64,000 nucleotides of DNA, from positions 3,488,001 to 3,552,000 of the forward strand of contig OZ244207.1 in assembly GCA_965216875.1 (NCBI GenBank), given 5' to 3'. Made by a program: the position numbers and the translations under genes. Numbering within the stretch: the stretch's first letter is position 1; every line of letters begins with the position of its first letter. Below, one piece after another: positions 1-10,600 of the stretch. The notes under the pieces were generated by a model. It ran no database searches. It saw nothing but the letters and a program-made list of their open reading frames with translations, and was not told the origin of the DNA. Origin of the DNA: Rubripirellula sp. (GTDB lineage Bacteria > Planctomycetota > Planctomycetia > Pirellulales > Pirellulaceae).

Positions 1-15
1 ATCCCAATTGACTCA

Positions 16-900
16 CTAAAGGTCAAGCACACGATCCATCTGTGCTGCAATCTCCGTCAAACGCGTTCGGTCGCCTCCTCTTACTTCGGCGGTCGCCCAA
101 CCTTCGTAACCGATTTTCGCGAGCTGCAATCGCACCTTTGCCCATTCGATGCTGCCTTCACCGAGCGGCTTGTCGAACGCCTTGCGCATGCCTTCGTTCA
201 TCGCAACGCTCAAGTCGTACTCTTTGATGTCCAGCTTCTTGACGCGGTCGCCAAGCACCTCCAGCCAATGCTCGGGCCAGCCCCAGCGAACCACATTGCC
301 AACATCGAAATAGGCCGCGACCATTGGGCTGTCGAGTTCGTCTAGGTAGCGAGCCATGCCCATTGGCTCAATCAAGAAACTCGCCCAAACGTTTTCGACC
401 AAGATCATCACACCGTGCTCTTCGGCGCGGTCGATGGCACGACGGATGATCTGCTGTGTTTGGGAGTAGTTGTCCGCGTAGGAGATCTTTTTGTTGTATC
501 GCACAACGTGCAGCACCGAGCTTGCGCCGAGCCGCTTTGCTTGATCAATCGCGCCAATCAAATCGGGATTGCTCGAATGGATCAAACCGTGAATGGGCAA
601 TCCCGTCTTCTGCGACGCCCGCTCATACGCATCGACGAGTGAGCCGTTCTTTTCCCCGAGCGCAGCGCGCGTTTCGATACCGTCGAAGCCCAGTTCCTTG
701 ACCAAGCGGAATTTTCGTTCCACAGTTCGGTCTGAAGCGGCGTCCGTCTCGCCTGCATCAACCATATGAAGCTTGACGGCCTTCTTGATCTTGCCGGTAA
801 ATTGCCCGGCCGACGCCTGTCGCGACTCCAATAATGCCGTCCCCATGGCCACGGACGTTCCAGCCAAGAATTCTCGTCGCCGCATCGACTTATGCCTCAC
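16..900 (-). CDS. Sugar phosphate isomerase/epimerase (xylose-isomerase-like TIM barrel), Tat-exported
   Basis: RRREFL Tat motif; GFDGIE, ILVENVW, YFDVGN, KLDIKEY and GWATAE metal-binding motifs. Confidence 0.85.
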   Translation of the reverse strand: MRHKSMRRREFLAGTSVAMGTALLESRQASAGQFTGKIKKAVKLHMVDAGETDAASDRTVERKFRLVKELGFDGIETRAALGEKNGSLVDAYERASQKTGLPIHGLIHSSNPDLIGAIDQAKRLGASSVLHVVRYNKKISYADNYSQTQQIIRRAIDRAEEHGVMILVENVWASFLIEPMGMARYLDELDSPMVAAYFDVGNVVRWGWPEHWLEVLGDRVKKLDIKEYDLSVAMNEGMRKAFDKPLGEGSIEWAKVRLQLAKIGYEGWATAEVRGGDRTRLTEIAAQMDRVLDL

Positions 901-1451
901 CTGGTCGGTTCATCGGTTTCGCTAGCGCCGGTTTGAACGACCGGGACGTCGTAGGTCGTCACCTCGCTGGCGAGCATTTGCTCGTCTTCGCCACCAGCAT
1001 GCTGGGAATTGCTCGCGTTTGCAGATATTCCGTGATCATCGTCGCGGAGATCATCTGACCTCTCATGTGTAAACTTCGAGTGCCGATAAAAAAAGTACTC
1101 TCCGCCGCCCCCTTCCCGGTACACCGCATACAGGTTGTGGGTGAGCGTGGGTAATCCTGACCGCCATTTGTAGACCTCGACCAGATCCGAACGGTCCCTG
1201 AACGTCTGCATCGGCTGGTGTCCAATCACCGTCGCAATATCCGCTTGGGTGAGCTGAGTCGCGGGATCACTTGCGCGTAACGCCGAAACTGCATCAAACG
1301 CCTGATTGACGCTTGGACGCGCAAACAAGAAGTCGTACGCCAGGCAAACCAGCGCGACGATGACCATTCCAAACAGAAACTGAAGGTACCGGCGGCGTCT
1401 TTCGCTGCGAGTGAGTTCACGCCAAAGGCTCGATTTGTACGAAGGAGCCAT
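897..1451 (-). CDS. Hypothetical membrane-anchored protein
   Basis: ORF from MAPSYKS with one TM segment; stop overlaps the downstream gene start. Confidence 0.65.
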   Translation of the reverse strand: MAPSYKSSLWRELTRSERRRRYLQFLFGMVIVALVCLAYDFLFARPSVNQAFDAVSALRASDPATQLTQADIATVIGHQPMQTFRDRSDLVEVYKWRSGLPTLTHNLYAVYREGGGGEYFFYRHSKFTHERSDDLRDDDHGISANASNSQHAGGEDEQMLASEVTTYDVPVVQTGASETDEPTR

Positions 1452-1726
1452 GTCCAGACAACTTATCGGGGGCAAGAGTAGGTGAAAATCAAGTCTAGCG
1501 CAATGAAGACGGCGACGTAGAGGCATCATGCAAAAGGAGATGCCCGGGGTCAAATCCCTTCGATAAGTTTTCCTATCATCCCCCGATCACGAGTGGTGTG
1601 CAGATGGACAGACCATGTGAAGCGTCCAACGGTCCGGTTCGCTCCGAAACACACTCAGCCTCGAACCGGGATCTGAAATACAGGCCAGTAGCGTCGCCGC
1701 AGAACACCCAATTTGATTTGTGCTAC

Positions 1727-2146
1727 TCACGCTGCTTCCCCAACATTGAACTTCCAGCAAACGCCAAATCGGTCGACAACGATCCCGTACATCGAGGTGA
1801 ACGTCGCTTCGGCGAGTGGGATCACGACCTTGCCCTGCTCGGCAAGTGCGTTGAACATTTCCCTGGCTCGGTCCGGCGAATCCAACCGCAGCGCGAGTGC
1901 AAAGCCGTCGAATTGCGGTGTCGTGTTTTCCTCTGCCACTCCGACGTCGCTAGCCATGATCACCGTTTCATCGATTCGAAACGTGGCGTGGAATACCAAG
2001 TCTTCCATCCCTGGAATGACGTGCGATTGATCTGGTGAATCACGGAATCGCATCAGGAACATCGTTTCCGCACCGAGAGCCTCACCGTAAAGCTTGAGAG
2101 CCGCTTCCGTTTGGCCTTTGAAGTTAAGCGTCGTGACAATGGGCAT
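1727..2146 (-). CDS. VOC/glyoxalase family protein (PhnB-like)
   Basis: LNFKGQTEAAL, VFHATF..IMASD, YGIVVDRFGVCW motifs. Confidence 0.85.
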   Translation of the reverse strand: MPIVTTLNFKGQTEAALKLYGEALGAETMFLMRFRDSPDQSHVIPGMEDLVFHATFRIDETVIMASDVGVAEENTTPQFDGFALALRLDSPDRAREMFNALAEQGKVVIPLAEATFTSMYGIVVDRFGVCWKFNVGEAA

Positions 2147-2198
2147 CTTGGTGCTCGATCTCTGCGTGTGCGATTGGAAGAAATAAGTGTGGCCCGTC

Positions 2199-2831
2199 TC
2201 ATGACAAGGACACCAAACGTTCGACGATCGCTTCTTCAGCTATTCGGAAATCGTTCAACGTGAGCTGAAACCCACGTCGCATCCCGCCGCGAGGATCCCA
2301 AGCGATCAGCCGCAACAGAGCGAGAATCGCAGGTCCGTCCGACTGACCGTCAAGCCGGCGAATGAGCCACTTGCCGTAGGCAACGTAGGCCGAATGTCTG
2401 CGCATCGCGTCATTGCGGACGACGCCTTCTGCCTCTTGCACGTCCAACTCCAACTGACGTTCGCTCGCCAATTCAAGAACCGATTCTACCATCAGGAACT
2501 CGGCGCGGCGTTTGTCGCGAGCGTAAAGCTTCTTGACCTGCAGGTGTGGCGCATTGACGATCCGCAAACAGATTTCGCATCGACAGCCAAAAGACGATAC
2601 CGGCCCTTCACCTCGCATACCGGGCCTCTCGATCACGTCGAACGAAGAGATGAGAAACGTGCTGAAGAACGACGCGAAGGCATCGACGTTACGTCGCGGA
2701 GGCCGAAGGTGCTCGGGAATCAAATCATAGTGCCGAGTCAGCCAGTCGATTGCGACGTTTGTGTCGCCGCTATGGTGCGCTGCCCGAGATGGCTGGATCA
2801 AACCGTCGCCAATGGCGTCGCTGATCCACAT
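2199..2831 (-). CDS. Hypothetical protein
   Basis: 210 aa ORF co-oriented with neighbours; the frame stays open upstream, so the start is uncertain. Confidence 0.6.
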   Translation of the reverse strand: MWISDAIGDGLIQPSRAAHHSGDTNVAIDWLTRHYDLIPEHLRPPRRNVDAFASFFSTFLISSFDVIERPGMRGEGPVSSFGCRCEICLRIVNAPHLQVKKLYARDKRRAEFLMVESVLELASERQLELDVQEAEGVVRNDAMRRHSAYVAYGKWLIRRLDGQSDGPAILALLRLIAWDPRGGMRRGFQLTLNDFRIAEEAIVERLVSLS

Positions 2832-2947
2832 CAGTAAACCATAGCTCTGATCGCGTGTTGCGATCGCTTCCGCGAGTCTTTTGTAGTCGAAGTTGAGAAT
2901 CCTCTTCGGTTTGCCCGCACGTCGAATGTGTATACGCGTGCGAGCGA

Positions 2948-3466
2948 TCAGTTCAAGCGAATCTTGAGCCCCATGTCCTTCATCTTCAAAAGGGCCTCAG
3001 CGTTACCACGAGCATCGTCAACGGGATCGTGCGTGTGTTTGGTCTCACGCAGATGTTTGAAATTGACGAACGTGTCCTGCTGCATCCCTCTGTAAAGCGA
3101 ACCTAAGTTGGTCGAACTAAACCCAAACGGATTGGCCCCGAGGAAGTGATGGAAATACCAATTGACGAACTGCCAATCAAACCCGTTGTTGTCAGAAACG
3201 AACATCAATCGGCCGCTCGAGTTGCTCGAAAGCCAGTCTCGAAACTTTGCCATCACCACCTGCGGCTCGTCAAACTCGAGGCATTCTTCGCGGGAGAATC
3301 CGCTCACTGCAAGTGCTTCGGGAACGAACGCCTCGGAGATTGGCTTCAGTTTGCCATAAAACGATCGCGACAATCCTGGTTCAACGATGATCGCGCCGAA
3401 ACAGATCATCGAATAGTCGCCGGGAATCGGACCGTCCGATTCAATATCAACCATGACATAGGGCAT
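2948..3466 (-). CDS. DEDDh 3'-5' exonuclease
   Basis: VDIESDG, NNGFDW, THDPVDDA Exo I-III motifs. Confidence 0.85.
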   Translation of the reverse strand: MPYVMVDIESDGPIPGDYSMICFGAIIVEPGLSRSFYGKLKPISEAFVPEALAVSGFSREECLEFDEPQVVMAKFRDWLSSNSSGRLMFVSDNNGFDWQFVNWYFHHFLGANPFGFSSTNLGSLYRGMQQDTFVNFKHLRETKHTHDPVDDARGNAEALLKMKDMGLKIRLN

Positions 3467-3571
3467 GAAACCATCTCACTGGTGGGTTGAGCCAAGATTG
3501 AGATATCAGAGGCAATCGAGAAAGAAAGGTTCGCTGAAACGTGCGCCGTACGCGCTGGTGGTTTCCACTTA

Positions 3572-3680
3572 TCACCCTCCCGCTTGCGGGAGGGTCGGGC
3601 GCTAAAGCCCGGGGAGGGAATGATTGTTGCAAAACGGCCCCTCTCCGGGTCTTAGAGCCCGACTCTCCCAAGGGAGAGTT
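3572..3680. repeat. Composite palindromic repeat (CCCTCCC..GGGAGGG type), copy 1
   Basis: Paired hairpins; reverse-complement copy at 37272-37380. Confidence 0.8.
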
Positions 3681-3728
3681 TTAGTGCGTTCCAACAATCA
3701 CCCTCCTCCTTCGTTGGCCTAGCCGTGA

Positions 3729-4685
3729 TCACTGCTGGACGCGTTTGAGGAACTTGAAGATGTCACTATCGGTGGTCATGATCATCGTGCTGTCGCGATC
3801 GAGCATCTCCTGATAGGTCTCCATGGTCTTCATGAACTCATAGAATTCGGCCGATTCTTCACTCTGGTTGTAGGCGGCGGCATAGATTTCGGTCGCCTTT
3901 GCGTCGGCGGCCCCCTGAATCTGTTGAACCTGCTTGTAGGCTTCCGACTCAATTTTCAGCAGATCGCGTTCCTTCTTACCAGTGATCTTGGCTGCTTCGC
4001 CAGCACCTTCGCTGCGAAATCGTTCGGCAATTTGCTCGCGTTCACTGATCATTCGTTCGTAGATACGACGGCGAACACTCTCGTTGTAGTTGATGCGTTT
4101 GAAACGGATATCGAGCAGTTCGATACCAAAGTCGTTCAACTTCCCGGCCGCTTTTTCAAAGATCTGTTGCTCGATCGCGGCGCGACCGTTGGTGATCGGA
4201 TAAAGCTGCCCCATCGTCGTCGGCGCTCCGGTCAGCGTAGCGTCCTGTGATGGCACACGATCTTTGGTCGTTCGAATCACTTCGATCAATTCGTTCTTGG
4301 CAATCGCATTGCGTGTTTCACTGCCGAGGATGTCATCAAGTCGTGACTGGGCGCTTCTTTCATCGCGAAGTCGCAGAAAGAATTGCTTCGCATCATTGAC
4401 TCGCCAGCGTCCAAAAGTGTCAACGACAATGTAAGTCTTGTCTTTAGTCGGCATTTCGTTGGGACGCCCGTCCCATTCAAGAATCCGCTTTTCGATGCGC
4501 GTCACTTCTTGAATGAACGGGACTTTGAAATGCAAACCAGCATCGACAACAGGATCGCCGACAGGCTTTCCAAATTGTGTCACGATGACCTGTTCGGTTT
4601 CATGAACCGTATAGGCGGCAGCATAAATGACAAAGGCCAATGCCAATCCACCAACGATCAACACGGGGGCAGGCAGTTTTTTCAT
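3729..4685 (-). CDS. hflC: Protease modulator HflC
   Basis: SPFH domain with TQFGKP..GLHFKVPFIQ and MISEREQIAERFRSEG; coupled to hflK. Confidence 0.93.
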   Translation of the reverse strand: MKKLPAPVLIVGGLALAFVIYAAAYTVHETEQVIVTQFGKPVGDPVVDAGLHFKVPFIQEVTRIEKRILEWDGRPNEMPTKDKTYIVVDTFGRWRVNDAKQFFLRLRDERSAQSRLDDILGSETRNAIAKNELIEVIRTTKDRVPSQDATLTGAPTTMGQLYPITNGRAAIEQQIFEKAAGKLNDFGIELLDIRFKRINYNESVRRRIYERMISEREQIAERFRSEGAGEAAKITGKKERDLLKIESEAYKQVQQIQGAADAKATEIYAAAYNQSEESAEFYEFMKTMETYQEMLDRDSTMIMTTDSDIFKFLKRVQQ

Positions 4686-5671
4686 CGTCCGCTCCTCGAG
4701 CTTTCGGGTGACAATTGCAAGAGAGGCAACACCGAACTGGCGTTGTCATCGAGAATGATTTTCTTTCCAAGGTTCGGCACCACTTGCCGCATCGTTTCGA
4801 TGTAGATGCGTTGCTTGGTGACCTCGGGCGCCTTCACGTACTCGGCCAAGACTGCATTGAAACGTGCCACATCCCCTTCCGCTTCGTTAACGCGTTTCAG
4901 TGCGTATCCTTCAGCAGCCTGCAGCTTTTGTTCTGCCTCACCGCTCGCTTTGGGAACGACCTTGTTGTATTCCCCGTTTGCGATGTTGATCAGTTTCTCG
5001 CGTTCTTGCTGAGCCTGGTTCACTTCGTTAAAGGACGGCTGAACAGGAATCGGTGGGTTTACGTTTTTGAGCTGCACCTGGTCGATGCACAGCCCAAGTT
5101 CATACTTCTTGACCAAGAACTGGAGCTGTGTCAGCGCATCGGCTTCGATTTCCTGTCGCCCAATCGTGATCACCTCGTCGACCGTTCGATCACCGACGAC
5201 CGTCCGCATCACCGACTCCGAAATGTCTCGGAGCGTCAAACCGGGTTCGCGAACTTTGAAAAGGTACGACTCAGGTTGTTCGATTCGGTACTGAATCACC
5301 CATTCGACCGTCGCAGTATTCAGGTCACCGGTGACCATGCTCTTTTCTTGCTCTTGCTCAGTCGACATTTGCGTCACGTTGGTGGCACCGGGAGTACCAA
5401 AACCAAACTCCTGCTTGAGCTGTCGACGCACAGGCACGATTTCGACGCTATCAATCCCAAAGGGAAGCTTGAACCTCAATCCAGGATCAACGGTTTTCAC
5501 GTACCGGCCAAACCGCAACACCACGCCCTGCGATTCTGCTTGGACGGTGTAGATCGAAGTGAACACGAGGATGGCCAAGGCGACCAGCGGAACGATCCAG
5601 ACCAGATAGCCTCGATAGCCCTCCCAGTCCTGCCAATCGACGGGCCGTCGGTTGTCGGAATCAAAACTCAT
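4682..5671 (-). CDS. hflK: FtsH protease modulator HflK
   Basis: GVVLRFG..PGLRFKLPFGID, MVTGDLN, EYVKAPEVTKQRIYIETM. Confidence 0.93.
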   Translation of the reverse strand: MSFDSDNRRPVDWQDWEGYRGYLVWIVPLVALAILVFTSIYTVQAESQGVVLRFGRYVKTVDPGLRFKLPFGIDSVEIVPVRRQLKQEFGFGTPGATNVTQMSTEQEQEKSMVTGDLNTATVEWVIQYRIEQPESYLFKVREPGLTLRDISESVMRTVVGDRTVDEVITIGRQEIEADALTQLQFLVKKYELGLCIDQVQLKNVNPPIPVQPSFNEVNQAQQEREKLINIANGEYNKVVPKASGEAEQKLQAAEGYALKRVNEAEGDVARFNAVLAEYVKAPEVTKQRIYIETMRQVVPNLGKKIILDDNASSVLPLLQLSPESSRSGR

Positions 5672-5780
5672 GACGATTTCAGCTCAGCTGGTGAATTCAA
5701 AATGAAGTGTGCACAGGTCGGGGTCTACTCCAACGAATGCCAAAAACTATAGGTCGCGAACCGTTGTTCGGAGGTTGGGA

Positions 5781-6767
5781 TCACGCATTGGTCTGGACGA
5801 CCGGTTGGGTGTGCCGGTCACTACAAAGGACAACCAGCAAATTTGATACAAGTGTTGCACGTTGATCATCCGAAAGCTCGACGATCCCATCGCGTTTTAG
5901 ATGATCCAGTGCCATTTCTACCATGCCGACAGCCCCGTCGACGATGCGAGTCCGTGCGGCAACCACGGCGCCGGCCTGTTGTCGCTGCAGCATCGCTGCC
6001 GCAATCTCCGGTGCGTACGCCAAGTGGCTGATCCGTGCTTCCAATACGGTGACACCTGCTTTCTCGAGACGTTCCTGGATGTCTTGACGAAGCTTGTCAC
6101 AGATTTCCTCGGTGCTACCGCGCAACGACTGCTCGTGGTCTTTGCTGTCGTAGGGATAACGAGTTGCCAAGCTTCTCAGTGCGGCTTCACTTTGGACTTC
6201 AACAAAGTGTTCGTAGTCGTCAACCTCGAACAAGGCTTCGGCGGTGTCGGTCACTTTCCAAACGACCACTGCCGAGATCTCGATCGGATTGCCATCGCGG
6301 TCATTCACTTTCGAAGGTCGACCGGAAGTGCGCGTCTTAGGTTTGACGATCGTCCCCTGGGCATCTTTTTGCTCAGGCGAAGATGAGGATCCCGTTTCGA
6401 AATTGCGTACCCGCAGGCTAACTTTCTTTTTCGAGTAAAACGGATTAACCCAGTAGAAGCCTGATTCTTTGATCGTTCCGCGGTATTCGCCAAACAACAG
6501 CAACACTCGGGAACTGTTCGGTTGGATCGCCATCAATCCGAATAGCCCAACAAATGCAATTGGGATCAAAGGCACGCCCATCAACACAAAAACCGCTCCC
6601 GCACCACCAATGACAGCGCCGGCGATCACCAGAAAAATCCCCAGGGGAAACATCGTCAGGCAGATCAAGAGCGGAAACCACCCCGAAACAGCTTGACCTT
6701 CTCGTTCGACTTCGACAGGTGCATCGGTCAGTGATGCAGGAACATTCGGGGTGGGTAGATCACTCAT
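5781..6767 (-). CDS. SPFH/band 7 domain membrane protein
   Basis: KVNDRDGNPIEI, ARISHLAYAPEIAAAMLQRQQA, VSNLLVVLC. Confidence 0.9.
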   Translation of the reverse strand: MSDLPTPNVPASLTDAPVEVEREGQAVSGWFPLLICLTMFPLGIFLVIAGAVIGGAGAVFVLMGVPLIPIAFVGLFGLMAIQPNSSRVLLLFGEYRGTIKESGFYWVNPFYSKKKVSLRVRNFETGSSSSPEQKDAQGTIVKPKTRTSGRPSKVNDRDGNPIEISAVVVWKVTDTAEALFEVDDYEHFVEVQSEAALRSLATRYPYDSKDHEQSLRGSTEEICDKLRQDIQERLEKAGVTVLEARISHLAYAPEIAAAMLQRQQAGAVVAARTRIVDGAVGMVEMALDHLKRDGIVELSDDQRATLVSNLLVVLCSDRHTQPVVQTNA

Positions 6768-7005
6768 GGTCAGCCCATCGGTTACGTGTTGGATCTTGGA
6801 ACTGCTTTGCTAGGTCCAAAAAGGTCCTTTCCCAGGGCGCGCGCGAGCCGACGTTTTCTCGCAAACACATGCATCAAGAGTGCCCCATCTCAGAAACCTG
6901 TGAATTTTTCGAAATCCGCCGTGGTCGCTGGCTCGTCTAGACCTTCGTGACGCCGCAACCTGTTTCCCCTCGCGGCAATCATCACCACGCCCAAAGGCAC
7001 CCTCG

Positions 7006-7413
7006 ATGTTTTACCGCGTCCTCGCCGACCTGACCGTCGTCGCCCACTTTGCCTACGTGCTGTTCGTCATTGGCGGGTTGTTCGTCACGTTGGTCGGCTG
7101 GGCTCGCCATTGGCAATGGGTTCGCAACCGGTGGTTTCGCGGTGTGCACTTGACGATGATCTTGATCGTCGTCGTCGAGGCCTGGCTTGGGATCACCTGT
7201 CCTCTGACAACGCTAGAACAAAACCTGCGACTTCAAGCGGGAGAACAAACCTATCAAGGCGACTTCATCGCCAATTGGGTGCACGACGCGTTGTTCTTTC
7301 AAGCATCGCCTTGGGTCTTTACAGTCGCCTACACCCTGTTTGGTGCCTGCGTGTTGGCAACGGTTCTTTTCGTGCCACCTCGATGGCGGCGACACGCGAT
7401 CGCCAAGGAGTAG
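7006..7413 (+). CDS. DUF2784-like membrane protein
   Basis: LADLTVVAHFAYVLFV...CPLTTLE...FI pattern. Confidence 0.8.
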   Translation: MFYRVLADLTVVAHFAYVLFVIGGLFVTLVGWARHWQWVRNRWFRGVHLTMILIVVVEAWLGITCPLTTLEQNLRLQAGEQTYQGDFIANWVHDALFFQASPWVFTVAYTLFGACVLATVLFVPPRWRRHAIAKE

Positions 7414-7602
7414 GTTCCGCTTTCGATTCTGGAGAGGCTCGAAACCTCGGGCTCGCGACGCAAGGCATAGAAAGTCACCCCTCGAGGTGAGCCCAATGAC
7501 CGCCGAACGGCTGATCTGTTGGTGTCACTTGGTTTACAATGCGATCGTTTGATCGGGGCGTTTGAGTTGCTCGCCCTCTTCCTGGTTCACGGTCTCTTTT
7601 CT

Positions 7603-10600
7603 ATGCCTCATCCCCGCAAACGACTGGGTCGACGACTGCGTCCCGAACTTCTCGAGCGCCGGATTCTTTTGGCCGCACGCCTTGGACCGTCGCCAACGAT
7701 TCTTCCTGAGTTTGATCCGTCCGCAGCCGTGTTGGTCACCACGCCTGCGATTCAATCGTCTGACGAAGCGGACCATGGTCACAACCCAGCTGGATTCCCG
7801 ATCCTAAACGACCCACTTGATGACGGCGATGTGTCCGACGCGCCTTTGACCAATGACGACACATTCAAGCTGCACAGCAAACCGGACGCCGACCACACGA
7901 TCTACCTCGATTTTGACGGAAGCATCACCGAGGGAACCAACTGGAACAACAGCACCGGCATCACGACGCTCATCGACATCGCCTACAACCGCGATGGAGA
8001 TCACACCACATTCAATAACAGCGAACTGAATCAGATTCGCGAAATCTGGAAACTCGTTGCCGAGGACTTTGCCCCGTTCAATGTGAATGTCACCACGGAA
8101 GACCCCGGTGTCGAGGCGCTTCGCAAATCGGGTTCCGGTGACACTCAGTGGGGAATCCGTTCGCTACACACCAGCAATACGAATGGAGTTTGTGGCGGTT
8201 GCGGCGGTGTCGCCTACATCGGTTCGTTCAGCTCATCGGTGGACCTGCCCGCCTATTCATTCAACAAAGGCGTCAGCGCGGGCGGCAACACACAGAGCCA
8301 CGAAGTCGGACACGCGGTCCGACTGGGACACGATGGCCTCACGACTGGAGCGACCTACTACAACGGACATGGTGGCGGAAATACAAGTTGGGGCCCGATC
8401 ATGGGCGGTCCCGGCGGTCGCAAGCTCAAGACTTGGTCCAACGGCGACTATTACAACGCCAACAATCAACAGGACGACCTCGACCGCATTTCATCACTCA
8501 ACGGTTTCTCGTATCGCGCCGACGATCATGGCAACACGTTTGCCGTCGCTTCGCCACTAAGCGTCACCTCGGCAAGCGAACTGAGTGGCTACGGCATTAT
8601 CAGCCAAAACCATGACGTTGATTTTTTTCAATTCGAATCCGAGGGTGGCAACGTCTCCTTCGACATCGTTCCGTTCATCACGCACCCCAACCTTGATGTG
8701 TGGGCCGGCATCTACGATTCCAACGGAACGCTGATCGCTGAATCGAACCCCTTTGACAATGTCTCCGCCACGTTCAGCGACGTCGCACTTTCGGCTGGCA
8801 CACACTTTCTAAAGATCGATGGCGTTGGATCGCATGGCCACTACAACGCTGCGTTGGACGCTGTGTTTGATCCGGGCGAAAACGACTACACAGGCTCCGA
8901 GACTGAGATCCCATGGGCGGTAAGCGGGCCGGTCGGCTATTCGGACTACGCCAGCATTGGGCAGTACTGGATCACAGGTACTCGTCAAATCACAGCAGGC
9001 GACCTGATCTCGATCACCGGCGATGAGAACCACAAGAAAGAAGACGCGGCCTCGGAGACCACTCCTTTTACGTTTACCGTTTCAAGGGCCGGATCGACCG
9101 CGGGTGATGTCGACGTGGCTTACTCCGTTTTGGCGGCCACGCCGACGGTCGACAACAACAATCATCCCTTCACGGTGGATGGAGACGATTTCGTCGGCGG
9201 CCACCTTCCAAACGGCACGGTGACCATTCCCGATGGCCAGTCGTCGGTAACGCTCACGCTCAATATCGCTGGTGATGACGACTATGAACGAGACGAACAC
9301 TTTTCGGTTTTGATTTCGAGCGAAACCAATGGCTGGCTGGTGTCCGAATCCACGGCCACGGGAACGATCTTGAGTGATGAATCGTCGGTCGGTGTTCAAT
9401 CACAGAACACCGCCGACGTGACACTTGACGAGGGTGGACCGGGTGGAGGCGCCGTCTTTACTTACACTCTGTTCCGTCGCGGCGACCTGTCCGTTTCAAC
9501 CACTGCCGATTGGCAGGTCAATTATGGGACGTTTGCCAACGCGGCCTCGGACGACGACTTTGTTGGCGGAACGCGGCCGGGCGGCCAAGTCGTCTTTGCA
9601 CCAGGGCAAACCGAAGTTGAAGTGCAAGTCGAGGTCAGTGGAGATTTTGACGTCGAAGCGGATGAGAGCTTCTGGTTAGAGGTGACCGGTGCAAGTGGAG
9701 ACAACACGGCGATCGTCGATCCTGCGACACCTCGACAACGCGGGATCATCCTCAATGACGAAGCGCCCATCACCATCATTGACGAGGTCCAATTTCGGTT
9801 GCGTCAAATCCGCAACGGCACAGGCACGCGCGACGCTTGGGCCATCGACAACGTTTCGCTCCCCGGGACGCCTCTTGTTGAAAACTTCGATCCAGACATT
9901 GATTCTGCGCTTTGGGCGGACCTACAAAACGCAACGGTCAACAATGACGCATCGATCTTTCCTGGCAGTAACGGCCGCGAACTGTTGATGCGAGGGACGG
10001 GCGACCGCATTGCCACGACGGTCGGAGTCAAACCAGCACTTGGCACGACCCTAAGCTTTGATCTGATTCTCGGAAACGGCGTCGGCAACAACGGTGCAGA
10101 CAACGTCGAAAACGGCAAGAACATTTGGCTCGAATACAGCGTCGATGGATCCAATTGGGAATTCCTTCGTGAGATGGAGCCCAACGACTATGAAACCTGG
10201 AGACGCGTCAACGTCGCCTTGCCTGATCGTGTTACCGTGCCTCCCGATGGCTATGCCGAAGGCAACAGCGGCGCGACTCCTTTTGACGTGAATCTTGTTC
10301 GCACGGGGAACCTGGACGCACCGGGATCGGCCGACTGGCAGGTCGTCGCCTCAGGCTCCGCGACTGAGGATGACTTTATTGCGAGCCCACTCCCAAGTGG
10401 CACGGTCACTTTTAGTCCGGGCGAAGGTCTCAAGACAATCACCATCGAAATCGCAGGCGACACCGACAAAGAACTGGACGAAACCTTTGATGTGGTCCTC
10501 ACCTCAGCAACAGGCGGTCCACCGACGGGTGGTCCACGCACGATCACAATCATCAACGACGAGGTTCCAGAAATCACCGGAGTCATCGTCAACAACGGTG

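Noticed and set aside
4715..5752. 345 aa plus-strand ORF
   Set aside because: Antisense shadow of hflK
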